64,000 nucleotides of DNA from a virus. Both the position numbers and the translations under genes were made by a program. The stretch lies in IMG/VR virus record IMGVR_UViG_3300036761_003567, positions 43,224 to 107,223 of that record. One strand, given 5' to 3'. The notes under the pieces were generated by a model. It saw nothing but the letters and a program-made list of their open reading frames with translations, was not told where the DNA came from and made no database searches. This document shows, piece by piece, positions 8,632 to 18,011 of this stretch. Each line of letters begins with the position of its first letter. Within the stretch, counting starts at the first letter, position 1.

Positions 8632-9794
8632 TGTGTCAGTACACGAAGCAGTCCTCTCGTCCGCTCATGGCTGCCTTCATGGACGACGGGAGTGATGCCG
8701 TCAGATCGTACCCCCTGCTTCTCTCTGGCGTCGGTCTCAGCTTGAAGACGGTCTGGGAGAGCGCAAAGGCCATCCTTGGAGAATTCAAAGGGAGTCCTCT
8801 TCCCGCCGTAACGATGAACGACTTCAAAACGGTCCTTGATTTCCTGGACCGCGAATGCAACCTACTGGCGCATCCGTTTAACGTCTGGGATTTTGGCATC
8901 CCGAAGCAGCCGAATTACGGCACGCTGTCCGCCGAGAGGGCAAGGGAGATCTGCGAGAAGCTCGTCCGCGGCGTTGCCAGCATCCAGCCCACCCCCTGGA
9001 TGAAGCTGCTTGGAAGAGCCACGCAAGTCTACCACATGCTCCAAAAGCGCGGTCTCATGAATGGCCATCTTCTTACCTATCCTCGGTATGTCCTCAACAC
9101 GGTCAGTGGCCGGTCGAAGACGCTGGGTTTCAACGTCCAGGGGACGGACGCATCCTATGACGTGAAGCACCCCGATGAAGAAAAATCCTATTTCATCCAT
9201 CTGGACTGGATCTCAGCAGACCTTAAGGCTGGCCAGATCCTGAGCGGGGACGAGCTCCTTGCTGAAGCCTTCAGGAAGTCCGATCCCTACACCGTCATGG
9301 CGAAGGGAGACCTGACCCGGGCAGATTGCAAGGGCATGATGATCCGTGCGCTCTATGAAATGGATCAAGATAGTCCAGCCCTTCAGTTCTGGCCAGACCT
9401 TCAAAAATGGGTCGCGGTCGAAAAAGCCAAGTTGGAAGACAGAGGCTGGACGGAGTCCGTTCTGGGTAGAAGGTTCAGAATGGCCACAGAAGGCGATCCT
9501 CTCCACAATATGAGGAGCGTATTTAACGCCTCGCTCCAGGGGACGGTAGTGCACGCCATGCACAACGCCCTCTGGCAGATTTACAAAGTGATGCCTGATT
9601 GTATCGTGGCGGAGATGCACGACTCGATTACTCTGGCAGCGAACAGGCATGCGATTAAGGAAGTTCTGAATGTCGGCGTCGAAGCCATGCTCCATCCGTT
9701 CAAGGACATACTAGATAGCAATCCGACGTTTCCGCTTCGGATTTACGTCGGCCGTCATTGGAAGAAGTGGAAGCTTTACAAGGAAATCCGATGA
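8610..9794 (+). CDS. minimal family-A DNA polymerase-like protein
   Basis: TVSGRS..FNVQ, motif A DWISADLK, motif B R.DCK....LY, NASLQG, motif C MHDS. Confidence 0.8.
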   Translation: MSKHAFVMCQYTKQSSRPLMAAFMDDGSDAVRSYPLLLSGVGLSLKTVWESAKAILGEFKGSPLPAVTMNDFKTVLDFLDRECNLLAHPFNVWDFGIPKQPNYGTLSAERAREICEKLVRGVASIQPTPWMKLLGRATQVYHMLQKRGLMNGHLLTYPRYVLNTVSGRSKTLGFNVQGTDASYDVKHPDEEKSYFIHLDWISADLKAGQILSGDELLAEAFRKSDPYTVMAKGDLTRADCKGMMIRALYEMDQDSPALQFWPDLQKWVAVEKAKLEDRGWTESVLGRRFRMATEGDPLHNMRSVFNASLQGTVVHAMHNALWQIYKVMPDCIVAEMHDSITLAANRHAIKEVLNVGVEAMLHPFKDILDSNPTFPLRIYVGRHWKKWKLYKEIR

Positions 9795-10291
9795 CAGCCC
9801 CCAAGAACAAATGGTTTGCCGACAATATTCCTGAGGACGTTGCGAATATCGTCGTCCGCATCCACGTTAAGGTGCCAGGTGGCGGCACCATCTCTCGAGA
9901 CTTTAGGACTGATGTAGAAATAGACTACGACAATCTCGAAGAGCAGCTCGCAAGGACACCAAGCGCGTTTTCTTATTGGGCCGGAGTCATGAGCGAGCAG
10001 AAGATGGTGGTCGGCGTATTCGAGCGCAAGATAAAGAGACGCAGAGCCATAGTCGCAGAACAGATCCTTAATACAGCCAAGGCAGAAGGCGTTTCCCTGC
10101 GTGCCGCAGACATAAAGGAACTCATTGAGGCAGATGACATTCTGGAGAAGCTGGAAGCGGAGCTCCTGATCGCGCAGAGGTCCTCTGGCAAGCTTTACAA
10201 CATCGTAGAAGCGATAAAGATGAAGTCTGAACATTTGCGGTCATTGGCGGGCTTTAAGAGACAAGAACTCAGGGACGCCGGAAGCGTGTAG
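9791..10291 (+). CDS. UvsY-like recombination mediator
   Basis: Helical ~166-aa protein between the polymerase and SSB genes; EQLARTP..F.YW and LRSLAGFKRQE end. Confidence 0.6.
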   Translation: MTAPKNKWFADNIPEDVANIVVRIHVKVPGGGTISRDFRTDVEIDYDNLEEQLARTPSAFSYWAGVMSEQKMVVGVFERKIKRRRAIVAEQILNTAKAEGVSLRAADIKELIEADDILEKLEAELLIAQRSSGKLYNIVEAIKMKSEHLRSLAGFKRQELRDAGSV

Positions 10292-10327
10292 GCCGTATTT
10301 CACGGAGAACCATTAAAGGAGGAAGTC

Positions 10328-11404
10328 ATGACAGTGATCCGGGAGAACGAGGACATTGCGCGAATCCGCAAGCTGATGCAGGACAAGAAGGGCGGCGGCC
10401 AGAAGGATCCGAATGAGTTCCGGTTCCCCAAGGCCAAGGAAAACGAGACGCTCACTTACTACATCAAGTTTCTACCGCCCGTTCCGAGCATGGGCGACCT
10501 CTGGTTCTACATGAACGGCAGCCACTTCATCGACAACAAGCGGCTGGAATGCCCGCGCATCCACGACCAGGGAGCGGAATGCCCGCTCTGTCAGTTCGGC
10601 TTCCAGCTGATGGACGGGATGGACAAGGAGCAGAAGAGCAAGATTGCCAAGACATACCTCGCCAGGAGCTACTACGGCGTCAACATCTACTTTCCACAGT
10701 CCACCAACGTGCAGGAAGATCTCCGCGGCAAGGTCTTCTGGGCCAACATCCCGAAGACGCTCTACGACAAATGCGAGGAATGCATCCTGCGGGACGACGC
10801 AGGAAGCGAGGATGATCCCGCGCCGTTCGGCCTGTTCTACAGCGAAAAGGCCGGATACGTCATGAAGGTCGTCATCAAGAGCAAGGGCGGCTACAACAAC
10901 TACGAAGAGTCCAAGTTCCTGGTCACGACCAAGGGGCCTCTGTCCAAGGACGAGGCCAAAGTCAAGGAGATCCTGTCCAGGCGGCATGATGTGCCTACGA
11001 AATTCGTTGCACGCGATCTGGCGGCGCTCCAGGCGAAGGTGGACCAGATCCTGAAGAAACCGTCGACCGTCACGGCGGGAGACGATGCCGGCTTCCACGA
11101 GGATCACACGGAAGAACAGCCCGTGGCAGCCAAGTCTGCGCCGGCCGCAAAGCCCGCGGCAGCCAAACCTGCCCCAGCAGCAGCCAAGTCTGCGCCGGCC
11201 GCAAAGCCCGCGGCAGTCAAACCTGCTCCTCCTGCGGAGGAATTCCAGGACGAGGTTACGGAGGAAGCTCCTGCCAAGCCATCGGCTAAGACAGCGGCCG
11301 CAAAAGCTGCGCCTGCGCCGGAGCCCGAGGAGTCTCCGGCAGATGGTGGGCCCATCGCGGACGCGGAAATCGACAGCCTACTGAAGGAAATCAAGGACGA
11401 GTAG
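10328..11404 (+). CDS. single-stranded DNA-binding protein (T4 gp32-like)
   Basis: IKFLPP, H...CP....CPLC Zn site, Y.ESKF, acidic tail EIDSLLKEIKDE; strong SD. Confidence 0.85.
   Translation: MTVIRENEDIARIRKLMQDKKGGGQKDPNEFRFPKAKENETLTYYIKFLPPVPSMGDLWFYMNGSHFIDNKRLECPRIHDQGAECPLCQFGFQLMDGMDKEQKSKIAKTYLARSYYGVNIYFPQSTNVQEDLRGKVFWANIPKTLYDKCEECILRDDAGSEDDPAPFGLFYSEKAGYVMKVVIKSKGGYNNYEESKFLVTTKGPLSKDEAKVKEILSRRHDVPTKFVARDLAALQAKVDQILKKPSTVTAGDDAGFHEDHTEEQPVAAKSAPAAKPAAAKPAPAAAKSAPAAKPAAVKPAPPAEEFQDEVTEEAPAKPSAKTAAAKAAPAPEPEESPADGGPIADAEIDSLLKEIKDE
11126..11226 (+). repeat. 54-bp tandem repeat in the Ala/Pro/Lys linker of the SSB
   Basis: gcagccaagtctgcgccggccgcaaagcccgcggcag at 11126 and 11180. 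Confidence 0.9.
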
Positions 11405-11429
11405 CCGGTTCTGCTAAAGCGTAATCGGA

Positions 11430-11460
11430 GGCGGGCGCGGGACACCGCGCCCGTTTCTTT
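11430..11460 (+). terminator. intrinsic terminator after ssb
   Basis: cgggcgcgg-gaca-ccgcgcccg followed by tttcttt. Confidence 0.7.
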
Positions 11461-12312
11461 ATGAAGCACCTCCTGGTAGACGGCCGCAACTCGATCTACC
11501 GCGCCATGTTCGCGGGAATGGCGGACCCTGCCTTCCGAAAGTCCGGGTTCCACACCATCATCATCTTCGTTCGGTTCCTCCACCACTACCTCCGCACGTT
11601 CAGGCCATCAGAGATCCACGTATTCTGGGATGACAAGCCAGAAAACCTCTGGCGCCGGAAATTCTTCCCGGCTTACAAGGCACAAAGAAAGGCGGAGCGC
11701 GACAAGAGGAACGCCTTTGACGTCGATAAAGTCATGGCAGATTGCGTCAATGTTGCCATGGCGATCATACCGGAAATGGGCATCCGGATGTACTTCCGTG
11801 AGACACAGGAAGCGGACGACCTAATTTACGCGTTCATTCAGACCCTGCAGGACAAGGAGTCCGCGACGATAGTCTCCAGCGATAGCGATTTCGTACAGCT
11901 CGAGAAGGGAAATGTTCATGTCTTCAATCCGATGCACACTGGACACCGGAAGGAATATAGATATCCTCTCTTAATGAAGTGCATGATGGGCGACAAGGCC
12001 GACAACATTCCCGGCTATGTCGGCATAGGTCCCAAGAGGGCTGCGAAGCTCTGTGAGAATGATGGTGAAATGAAGGCCTTCCTGAAGACCAGGGGCATCA
12101 AGACGCTCGTCGATAATAGGTTCCTCATCGATATGTCGAAGTGCCCGTTCGTTGAGGACAATGTCAAGTACGTCAAGGCTATAAGATCCTCACGCCCTGT
12201 CTTCAACGGGCCTGCCATAGAGACGGCAGCAATGCGGCTCAAGATCCGGGGTCTCATAGGGGAATTCCATAGATTCGTCCTCCCATTCAAAAATCTAACC
12301 AGGATAAGTTAA
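11461..12312 (+). CDS. 5'-3' exonuclease / flap endonuclease (T4 RNase H-like)
   Basis: LLVDG, WRR..FP.YKAQR, EADD, SSDSDF.QL, GDKADNIPG..GIGPK. Confidence 0.92.
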   Translation: MKHLLVDGRNSIYRAMFAGMADPAFRKSGFHTIIIFVRFLHHYLRTFRPSEIHVFWDDKPENLWRRKFFPAYKAQRKAERDKRNAFDVDKVMADCVNVAMAIIPEMGIRMYFRETQEADDLIYAFIQTLQDKESATIVSSDSDFVQLEKGNVHVFNPMHTGHRKEYRYPLLMKCMMGDKADNIPGYVGIGPKRAAKLCENDGEMKAFLKTRGIKTLVDNRFLIDMSKCPFVEDNVKYVKAIRSSRPVFNGPAIETAAMRLKIRGLIGEFHRFVLPFKNLTRIS

Positions 12313-12323
12313 AGGAGAAAAAG

Positions 12324-12569
12324 ATGGCAAGCGTACACGTCGCCTCCACGATTATAAAGCCGATCGACGCCACGGGAAGCGTCGTAGACAAGAACAACAC
12401 GACTATCAGCGTCATGACCAAGAGCAGCTCGGAGATCCGCGTCGACGTAGCTGGATTCCCGACTATCGAAGCGTATCTCGCGGCTGAGTATGCCAGCGGG
12501 TTCAGACTCATACACATGGATCAGACCTATATCATCACGGATGATACGCTAATCGGCAGCAATCCATAA
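12324..12569 (+). CDS. hypothetical protein
   Basis: AAGGAG SD; followed by a hairpin. Confidence 0.65.
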   Translation: MASVHVASTIIKPIDATGSVVDKNNTTISVMTKSSSEIRVDVAGFPTIEAYLAAEYASGFRLIHMDQTYIITDDTLIGSNP

Positions 12570-12596
12570 CGAGCCAGCTCCCACTGGCTTGACCTA

Positions 12597-12628
12597 GCTG
12601 GCCCGCAGGTTCGTGCTTGCGGGCCAGC
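12597..12628. terminator. GC-rich hairpin
   Basis: gctggcccgcag...ttgcgggccagc. Confidence 0.55.
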
Positions 12629-12652
12629 AGCGTATATAAGTCAGGGTGAACA

Positions 12653-13222
12653 ATGGGTAATTCGTGGAAAGTCGCTGAGCGAAAAGTAGCCCGTCTCCTG
12701 GGTAAGTGGGCTTGTGGAAATGAAGATGCCCTCCGCCGGATGCCCCTCCAGGGGCGCATGATGGAAGAGTATCTCGGCGACATTATAGTAAACGAGGCGG
12801 CTCCGGAAGATGTCCGAAAGAAAGGCGCCGCCTTCCTCAGCAAGTTCATGATCGACGTCAAGAAGAGGATAACCAAGCAGAGCGCTACGGGATGGCATTT
12901 CGAGCAGTTTCTGACCAGTCCGAAGCACCAAATATTTGCCTGGTGGCGAAAACTCGAGGGAGCGGCAGAGAAGTACCAGAAAATGCCACTTCTGATCATT
13001 ACCAAAGGGGACAGAAACTGGTTTATATTGGTAGATGAAAAATTGTATGGTAGGGTCAAAGTCAGAAGGCAGGGTCTAATGCCGAATTCCATCACTATTA
13101 AGTGCCTGGAAGCAAAGACACTTATGGCAATGAATCTCTTTGACTTCCTGAAGATACCCGTGGAGGCCATATGGCCTGTGGAGCCTGCGGCAAGCGCCGA
13201 GAGCAGCAAGGCGCAAGCGTAG
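12653..13222 (+). CDS. PD-(D/E)XK nuclease, Holliday junction resolvase-like
   Basis: ERKVARLL..W, GDI, IDVKK, P.LI pattern. Confidence 0.7.
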   Translation: MGNSWKVAERKVARLLGKWACGNEDALRRMPLQGRMMEEYLGDIIVNEAAPEDVRKKGAAFLSKFMIDVKKRITKQSATGWHFEQFLTSPKHQIFAWWRKLEGAAEKYQKMPLLIITKGDRNWFILVDEKLYGRVKVRRQGLMPNSITIKCLEAKTLMAMNLFDFLKIPVEAIWPVEPAASAESSKAQA

Positions 13223-13395
13223 CCCCAAAGGGCTCACATATTGCCATAGGTCGCCCTGTCATTAGCGTCGGCGTTGCCGAACGCTGCCCCAGGTGCGGCT
13301 GGCCTATGAGACGGGTACATAAGTTCGACAGGGAGAAGAGACAGCCGACGCTCGCCCTGGTATGTATCAACAACCACTGTAGGTTCTCTCAGTGA
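13171..13395 (+). CDS. small Cys-rich protein
   Basis: MACGACG, CPRCG, CINNHC. Confidence 0.55.
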   Translation: MACGACGKRREQQGASVAPKGSHIAIGRPVISVGVAERCPRCGWPMRRVHKFDREKRQPTLALVCINNHCRFSQ

Positions 13396-13817
13396 CGCAA
13401 CTATGCCAATCTCTCCTACTCTGGCTCATGGCCGCCCTGGCCGTCGAGGCCGTCACTGAGATTGTCGTATCATCCAGCCTATTCTTCGGCCTCCGTACCG
13501 GCATTTCGCGTCTTCCAGGCCGGATCGGGGCGTTCTTCGGCGAGCTCGTTTCCTGCGGCTACTGCTTTTCCGTTTGGGCAAGCGCAGCCGTGGCATGGGC
13601 CCTTCCGGGGGCCCTCTTCCCCGGCGAGTATGGCTGGGTTGCCGATATTGCCTTGCGCACGTTCGCACTTCACAGGGTATCTAACTTCATGCACGGCAAG
13701 ATAAAGATGGCGTGTGACCGGCCACCCCAGGAGCATGTCCTGACGCTGTTCATCCGGGAGAAAGACGATGACCAAGGAACTGAAACTGGAACCAGTAATA
13801 GTCAAGAGCCAAGCTGA
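13392..13817 (+). CDS. membrane protein (DUF1360-like)
   Basis: Hydrophobic segments and a CGYCFSVW motif. Confidence 0.6.
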   Translation: MTQLCQSLLLWLMAALAVEAVTEIVVSSSLFFGLRTGISRLPGRIGAFFGELVSCGYCFSVWASAAVAWALPGALFPGEYGWVADIALRTFALHRVSNFMHGKIKMACDRPPQEHVLTLFIREKDDDQGTETGTSNSQEPS

Positions 13818-14082
13818 CATCGTCCAGGCCCTCAAGCCTTTCATGGACGACAAGCATCAGCTCCGGGCTTCACTCCTGGAAGGCTTTGAGCTGGTCAAAA
13901 AGCGAAAGCTGTTCAACGAGAAGACGGATTCCGGTCTGGACGTGGACCAGATGCACTTCTGGGTCGATGATCTTATCAAGCAGCGGATGGGTGGCAAGCG
14001 CAAGGACATGGTCGTCGTCTGGGAGTTGCCAGAAGGGAAGTTCCAGTTCGAACCTCTAACAAAGAAGCTTTCCGATGCCTGA
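13768..14082 (+). CDS. hypothetical protein
   Basis: GGAG SD; operon packing. Confidence 0.6.
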   Translation: MTKELKLEPVIVKSQADIVQALKPFMDDKHQLRASLLEGFELVKKRKLFNEKTDSGLDVDQMHFWVDDLIKQRMGGKRKDMVVVWELPEGKFQFEPLTKKLSDA

Positions 14083-14383
14083 TCAATCAGTGATGGTGGA
14101 CCTCGCCCATTATGCCGCCATAAGCACTTGGCAGCCTAAGATGGGCGACATCGTAATCTGGCACGGCTGGTTTACGCACTGGTATGGCGTCGTGAACCAG
14201 GTCCAGGCCAGTGGGCACGTTTCCGTTATCCGCGGCGGCCTTCCGCTCCTCCTGTTCACGATGGATCAGGATTCCATGCAGAGGAAGACGAAGCTGGTTC
14301 ACATCACGAAGATCAGGGCGTCCCGAGGCGGAGAATGGGCGGCTATTCAGACGGCCAACAATCAGATAACCTGGTTCGTATGA
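14075..14383 (+). CDS. hypothetical protein
   Basis: Overlaps both neighbours. Confidence 0.6.
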   Translation: MPDQSVMVDLAHYAAISTWQPKMGDIVIWHGWFTHWYGVVNQVQASGHVSVIRGGLPLLLFTMDQDSMQRKTKLVHITKIRASRGGEWAAIQTANNQITWFV

Positions 14384-14904
14384 CGCCAACCATCCTCCCC
14401 TATGTCCCGCTCCTCGAGCTGAAGGATGTCAAGCCAATTCTCGGGCGCCTTTGTTACTTCATAGAACCCTACAAGCTGGAAGGCGTCGCTGTAGTCATCT
14501 ATCTGTCCAAAGGGCTCTTTCACGTAAAAGCCAGCAAGTGGAGTGGAATGACGGTCTCTGCTGACCTGGACGTTACGAAGATCAAGAAAGGAACGCTGGA
14601 AGCAGATATTCTGGCGAGGTGGATACCGCACATCATCAAGATTATGAAGTATGCGAAGATCATCCAGGCAGAGTACTATTTCAGTGGGATGATGCTCGTG
14701 GACGTAAGGCTATCCGTGGACAAGTTCATCGGACCCGGCATGCTCCGGGACCTCTTTGCCAAGACCATTTCCACCCAGAAGATCTTGAAGGTCGCGGCTG
14801 CGACGGAAGAGGAAATGAAGGGCATAGCCGCGATTCTGAAGCCCTCTGTATACAAAACTATAGTAGCCGGAGATGATATGGTCCCCCTTTACTGCAAGAT
14901 ATGA
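14380..14904 (+). CDS. hypothetical protein, weakly ligase/nucleotidyltransferase-like
   Basis: ATGA overlap; YKLEG resembles ligase motif I (KxDG). Confidence 0.5.
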   Translation: MTPTILPYVPLLELKDVKPILGRLCYFIEPYKLEGVAVVIYLSKGLFHVKASKWSGMTVSADLDVTKIKKGTLEADILARWIPHIIKIMKYAKIIQAEYYFSGMMLVDVRLSVDKFIGPGMLRDLFAKTISTQKILKVAAATEEEMKGIAAILKPSVYKTIVAGDDMVPLYCKI

Positions 14905-15008
14905 AACTCAAGAGACTTCACTCCAACATCGCGGGCGTAACCCTCGTGAGGCCGCTTCCGATGTTCCTAGAAGCGAAGCGAAAGCGAAAGGCGCGCCGCA
15001 ACAAGTAG
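14901..15008 (+). CDS. 35-aa basic peptide (not in the ORF track)
   Basis: ATGA overlap; MKLKRLHSNIAGVTLVRPLPMFLEAKRKRKARRNK* fills the gap exactly. Confidence 0.5.
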   Translation: MKLKRLHSNIAGVTLVRPLPMFLEAKRKRKARRNK

Positions 15009-15015
15009 ATATGTC

Positions 15016-16935
15016 ATGCCCCTCATCGAATTTGTCAATCCGAACCAGCATAGCGTACACTTGATGGGTCCGGACAAGAAGGTCATCGTCGTAGGCGGCA
15101 AGCAGAAGGTCGTCCTCCAGGATTGGTTTTCCAGGTATGCGCCCAACTTCATCCGACCGGTCCGCGGAGTAGAAAGGGATTCCATCTCCGTAATCAATCC
15201 CAATACGCGTCCGCAAGTCCAAGTCGCACGTGCCACCCGACCCAAGATCCCCACTGGCATAAAAGGAATTCGAGTAGAATATGCGAATCGTGCGATCAAG
15301 GTATTGAATGAGCGGCATGGCCATCCGCGCCAGCCAGTAAACATTAGGAACCATGGTCCTATCGTCGGAAAGACGACCTTTCACGGGGAGGTCGCGACAA
15401 AGTATTTCCAGATGATCATTCCGTCTTTCAGAATTTGCCTTTCCAACGACATTGGCGTCGGCATCTTAAGTTACAACAGGCTCGGATCCATCCAGCGACT
15501 TCTGGCGTCTATTGCGGCTCACACGAACCTCCAGAGAACAACCGTCTTCGTCAGCGATGAGTCATCCCAGCCGGAAGTGAAGCAATGGCTGCGGACCGTC
15601 GACTGGATCGTCCTTTTGGACAATCAGGAACGTCTTGGGGTTGCAGGGAATACAAATCGCCTCATCCAATGCCTAGATAGGTTCAGACATAAGGTCATCC
15701 TCAATGACGACGTCGAGATCCTGGCCAATGGTTGGGAGCAGTTTTATCCGGTGGCTACGGCCGAATCCGGGATCCATCATTTCTGCTTCAGACAGCTTGG
15801 CGTCTATGGCGCAGCAAAGACTGGCGTCGTAGAAACCAGAATCAAGGGCAGGCTCATCAAGTCGGTCCATGATAAGCCGCAGGGCGCCGTGATAGCCTAC
15901 GACGATGCCGCGGCCAGGGCCGTCGGCTTCATGGACGAGTCTATGGGGCTCTATGGAATGGAGCACGTCGACTGGTCCAATCGCATATCCCTTTCCGGCA
16001 TCCAGCCGCGAGGGTTCCACGACGTGGAGGGCTCGGAGCAGTTCTTCAAGCTCCATAATGAGTCTTCCGCCGTCGAGGGCAGGGTTCAGCTGCTGCTCAA
16101 GGCGCGAGAGCTCTGGGAAAGCGTAAAGACAAATCCTGCTCGAATTCACGTCCAGCGCACGCCGCGTTCAGACGTACCGAGCGTAAGCTGCGTCATTCCC
16201 TGCCGCGGTTTGGAAAGACAGAAGTCTGTCGATGCGGTCATCGCCTGTATCAAGGGCCAGAACTTCCCCGCCGTAGAGATCCTGGTCGTCGAGCAGGACG
16301 AGACGGAGAAGATCCGCCTGAGCCAGTTCGCTCGGAAGTTATTCATCAGGGCACCACGCGAACAGCCTTTCTGCAAGGCAGTCGCCTTCAACAAAGGCGT
16401 AGCAGAGACGAAGCATCTACAGCTGGTCCTGCAGGACGGGGACATTATCTTCCATAGGGATTATCTTAGAAAGCTCATGGGCGTGCTGAAAGGGCAGCAA
16501 GGAGCCCACATCGGCAAGGAAGTTATCTACATGGACAGCGCTAGCACGAGTGAGATTATTTCCCAATTCAGAATCAGCGAGAGCCTGAAGTCGAGCCAGG
16601 TCGTCGGTTATTTCGAGGGAGGCTCTCTGGCCTGCACAAAGCAGGCGTACTTCGCCTGCGGCGGGTTCCTAGAGGAGTTCATCGGCTACGGATGTGAAGA
16701 CTGCGACTTTTTCAATAGGCTCAAGAACCTCGGAAAGTTCTTCGACGTGCGGACGGAGGCCTTCATCCATCTAGATCATGGTCGCCCGCCGGGATGGAAG
16801 GAAATTCACGCGAAGAATAAGAAGCTCTTCGCCAATCTCAAGGTCGGGCATGACATGACCCAATTGTCGGGATATTGTCGCGGAAAGCTGCGTACTGCCG
16901 GGTACGGCCCCCTCATGGATAGCCTGGGCATTTAG
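15016..16935 (+). CDS. two-domain GT-A glycosyltransferase (GT2 plus GT2/GT7-like)
   Basis: ILSYNR...SDES...LNDD...YGMEHVDW; second domain VIPCR...VEQD...FNKG...DGD...GYGCEDCDF. Confidence 0.85.
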   Translation: MPLIEFVNPNQHSVHLMGPDKKVIVVGGKQKVVLQDWFSRYAPNFIRPVRGVERDSISVINPNTRPQVQVARATRPKIPTGIKGIRVEYANRAIKVLNERHGHPRQPVNIRNHGPIVGKTTFHGEVATKYFQMIIPSFRICLSNDIGVGILSYNRLGSIQRLLASIAAHTNLQRTTVFVSDESSQPEVKQWLRTVDWIVLLDNQERLGVAGNTNRLIQCLDRFRHKVILNDDVEILANGWEQFYPVATAESGIHHFCFRQLGVYGAAKTGVVETRIKGRLIKSVHDKPQGAVIAYDDAAARAVGFMDESMGLYGMEHVDWSNRISLSGIQPRGFHDVEGSEQFFKLHNESSAVEGRVQLLLKARELWESVKTNPARIHVQRTPRSDVPSVSCVIPCRGLERQKSVDAVIACIKGQNFPAVEILVVEQDETEKIRLSQFARKLFIRAPREQPFCKAVAFNKGVAETKHLQLVLQDGDIIFHRDYLRKLMGVLKGQQGAHIGKEVIYMDSASTSEIISQFRISESLKSSQVVGYFEGGSLACTKQAYFACGGFLEEFIGYGCEDCDFFNRLKNLGKFFDVRTEAFIHLDHGRPPGWKEIHAKNKKLFANLKVGHDMTQLSGYCRGKLRTAGYGPLMDSLGI

Positions 16936-18004
16936 ATTGATGTGCTCGGAGCATTCTTTTAAATTCAATTAACGCGTGATAGCTCCGAGCCAAATTGACC
17001 CACACGCATACCAATTGGATGTTATCCTTTAGATAGCCAGTCGAATTCTCTATCCTGTCGATGCTACAGGAATTTAGATGACCTCCCTGGAGTCTCATCG
17101 GCACTTTCGTGATAGCGCATCGTCCTTTTTGACTCTTATAAAGATCACATAAGAAATCGAGCGTTAAGTTATGGTTAAAACCCTTTCGTCTTTTGAATAT
17201 TTTGCTATGAATACGTTGTCTTATTACTCGGAATAAATGTCTGAAGTATGTTCTGATTTTGGTATCATTGGTATTGTATTCCCGACCGCCGCCATTTCTA
17301 AACTGTTTTAGTGTTTCTCTAAATTCTCTGGCCGTATGTCTTCGACGGCCCAAATTTACCCATTTGCATACCAGTCTAATATTTCCTTTGTTATACCCCA
17401 TATTGTTATCGATGCGGTCAATAGATACTGAAAGAAGATGTCTAAAGCAGTGTGTCATTTTAATGCCGGTGGCTTTACATCTTCCATTTTGACGTTCCCA
17501 TAGCTGCATTAGGTATTCAATGCCAAAATCGCAAGGTTTTCGTAGCCTTGCCAGAGCGGATCTGAGGAAGTTTTCCGGAGTGCTCTCTCTGTGCTGTTTT
17601 ATGGAGTCGTTGTGCTGCCGTCGCCTAGCCGGGCTACTTTGCCTTTCTCTACTTTCTAGTCTTTTCTTTAATTTCCTACACTCATAACAAATATTCTTGC
17701 GTTTTGGTCTGAAGCGGGATAACTCGGTAGTGCCACATACGTTGCACCTTGGGGTAAGATTAGTTTGGCTTCTTGATAAATGTTCCCTTGCGCGGCACCC
17801 ACAATGTGGCGGGTATGATTTTGCCACATAATTCACTTCTGATATGCACTTTACGCATTTATTACCACATTCGCAGTAGAATTTATAGAAAACGCGCTTT
17901 GGTTCATGTTGCATATGAAAAGGGCGACTCACCACTTTTAGATGGCCGACGATAGTACCTATCTTTAGTCGCCGATGCTGCGAATCTATTGGCAAAAAGT
18001 ACAT
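16913..18004 (-). CDS. free-standing HNH-type homing endonuclease with two nuclease repeats
   Basis: Two copies of QxGRC..T...M....SIDRI....GY...NI.LVC.WVN; N-terminal CECG..CGC Zn ribbon; AT-richer than flanks; start uncertain. Confidence 0.75.
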   Translation of the reverse strand: MYFLPIDSQHRRLKIGTIVGHLKVVSRPFHMQHEPKRVFYKFYCECGNKCVKCISEVNYVAKSYPPHCGCRAREHLSRSQTNLTPRCNVCGTTELSRFRPKRKNICYECRKLKKRLESRERQSSPARRRQHNDSIKQHRESTPENFLRSALARLRKPCDFGIEYLMQLWERQNGRCKATGIKMTHCFRHLLSVSIDRIDNNMGYNKGNIRLVCKWVNLGRRRHTAREFRETLKQFRNGGGREYNTNDTKIRTYFRHLFRVIRQRIHSKIFKRRKGFNHNLTLDFLCDLYKSQKGRCAITKVPMRLQGGHLNSCSIDRIENSTGYLKDNIQLVCVWVNLARSYHALIEFKRMLRAHQSKCPGYP

Positions 18005-18011
18005 AGATGAT

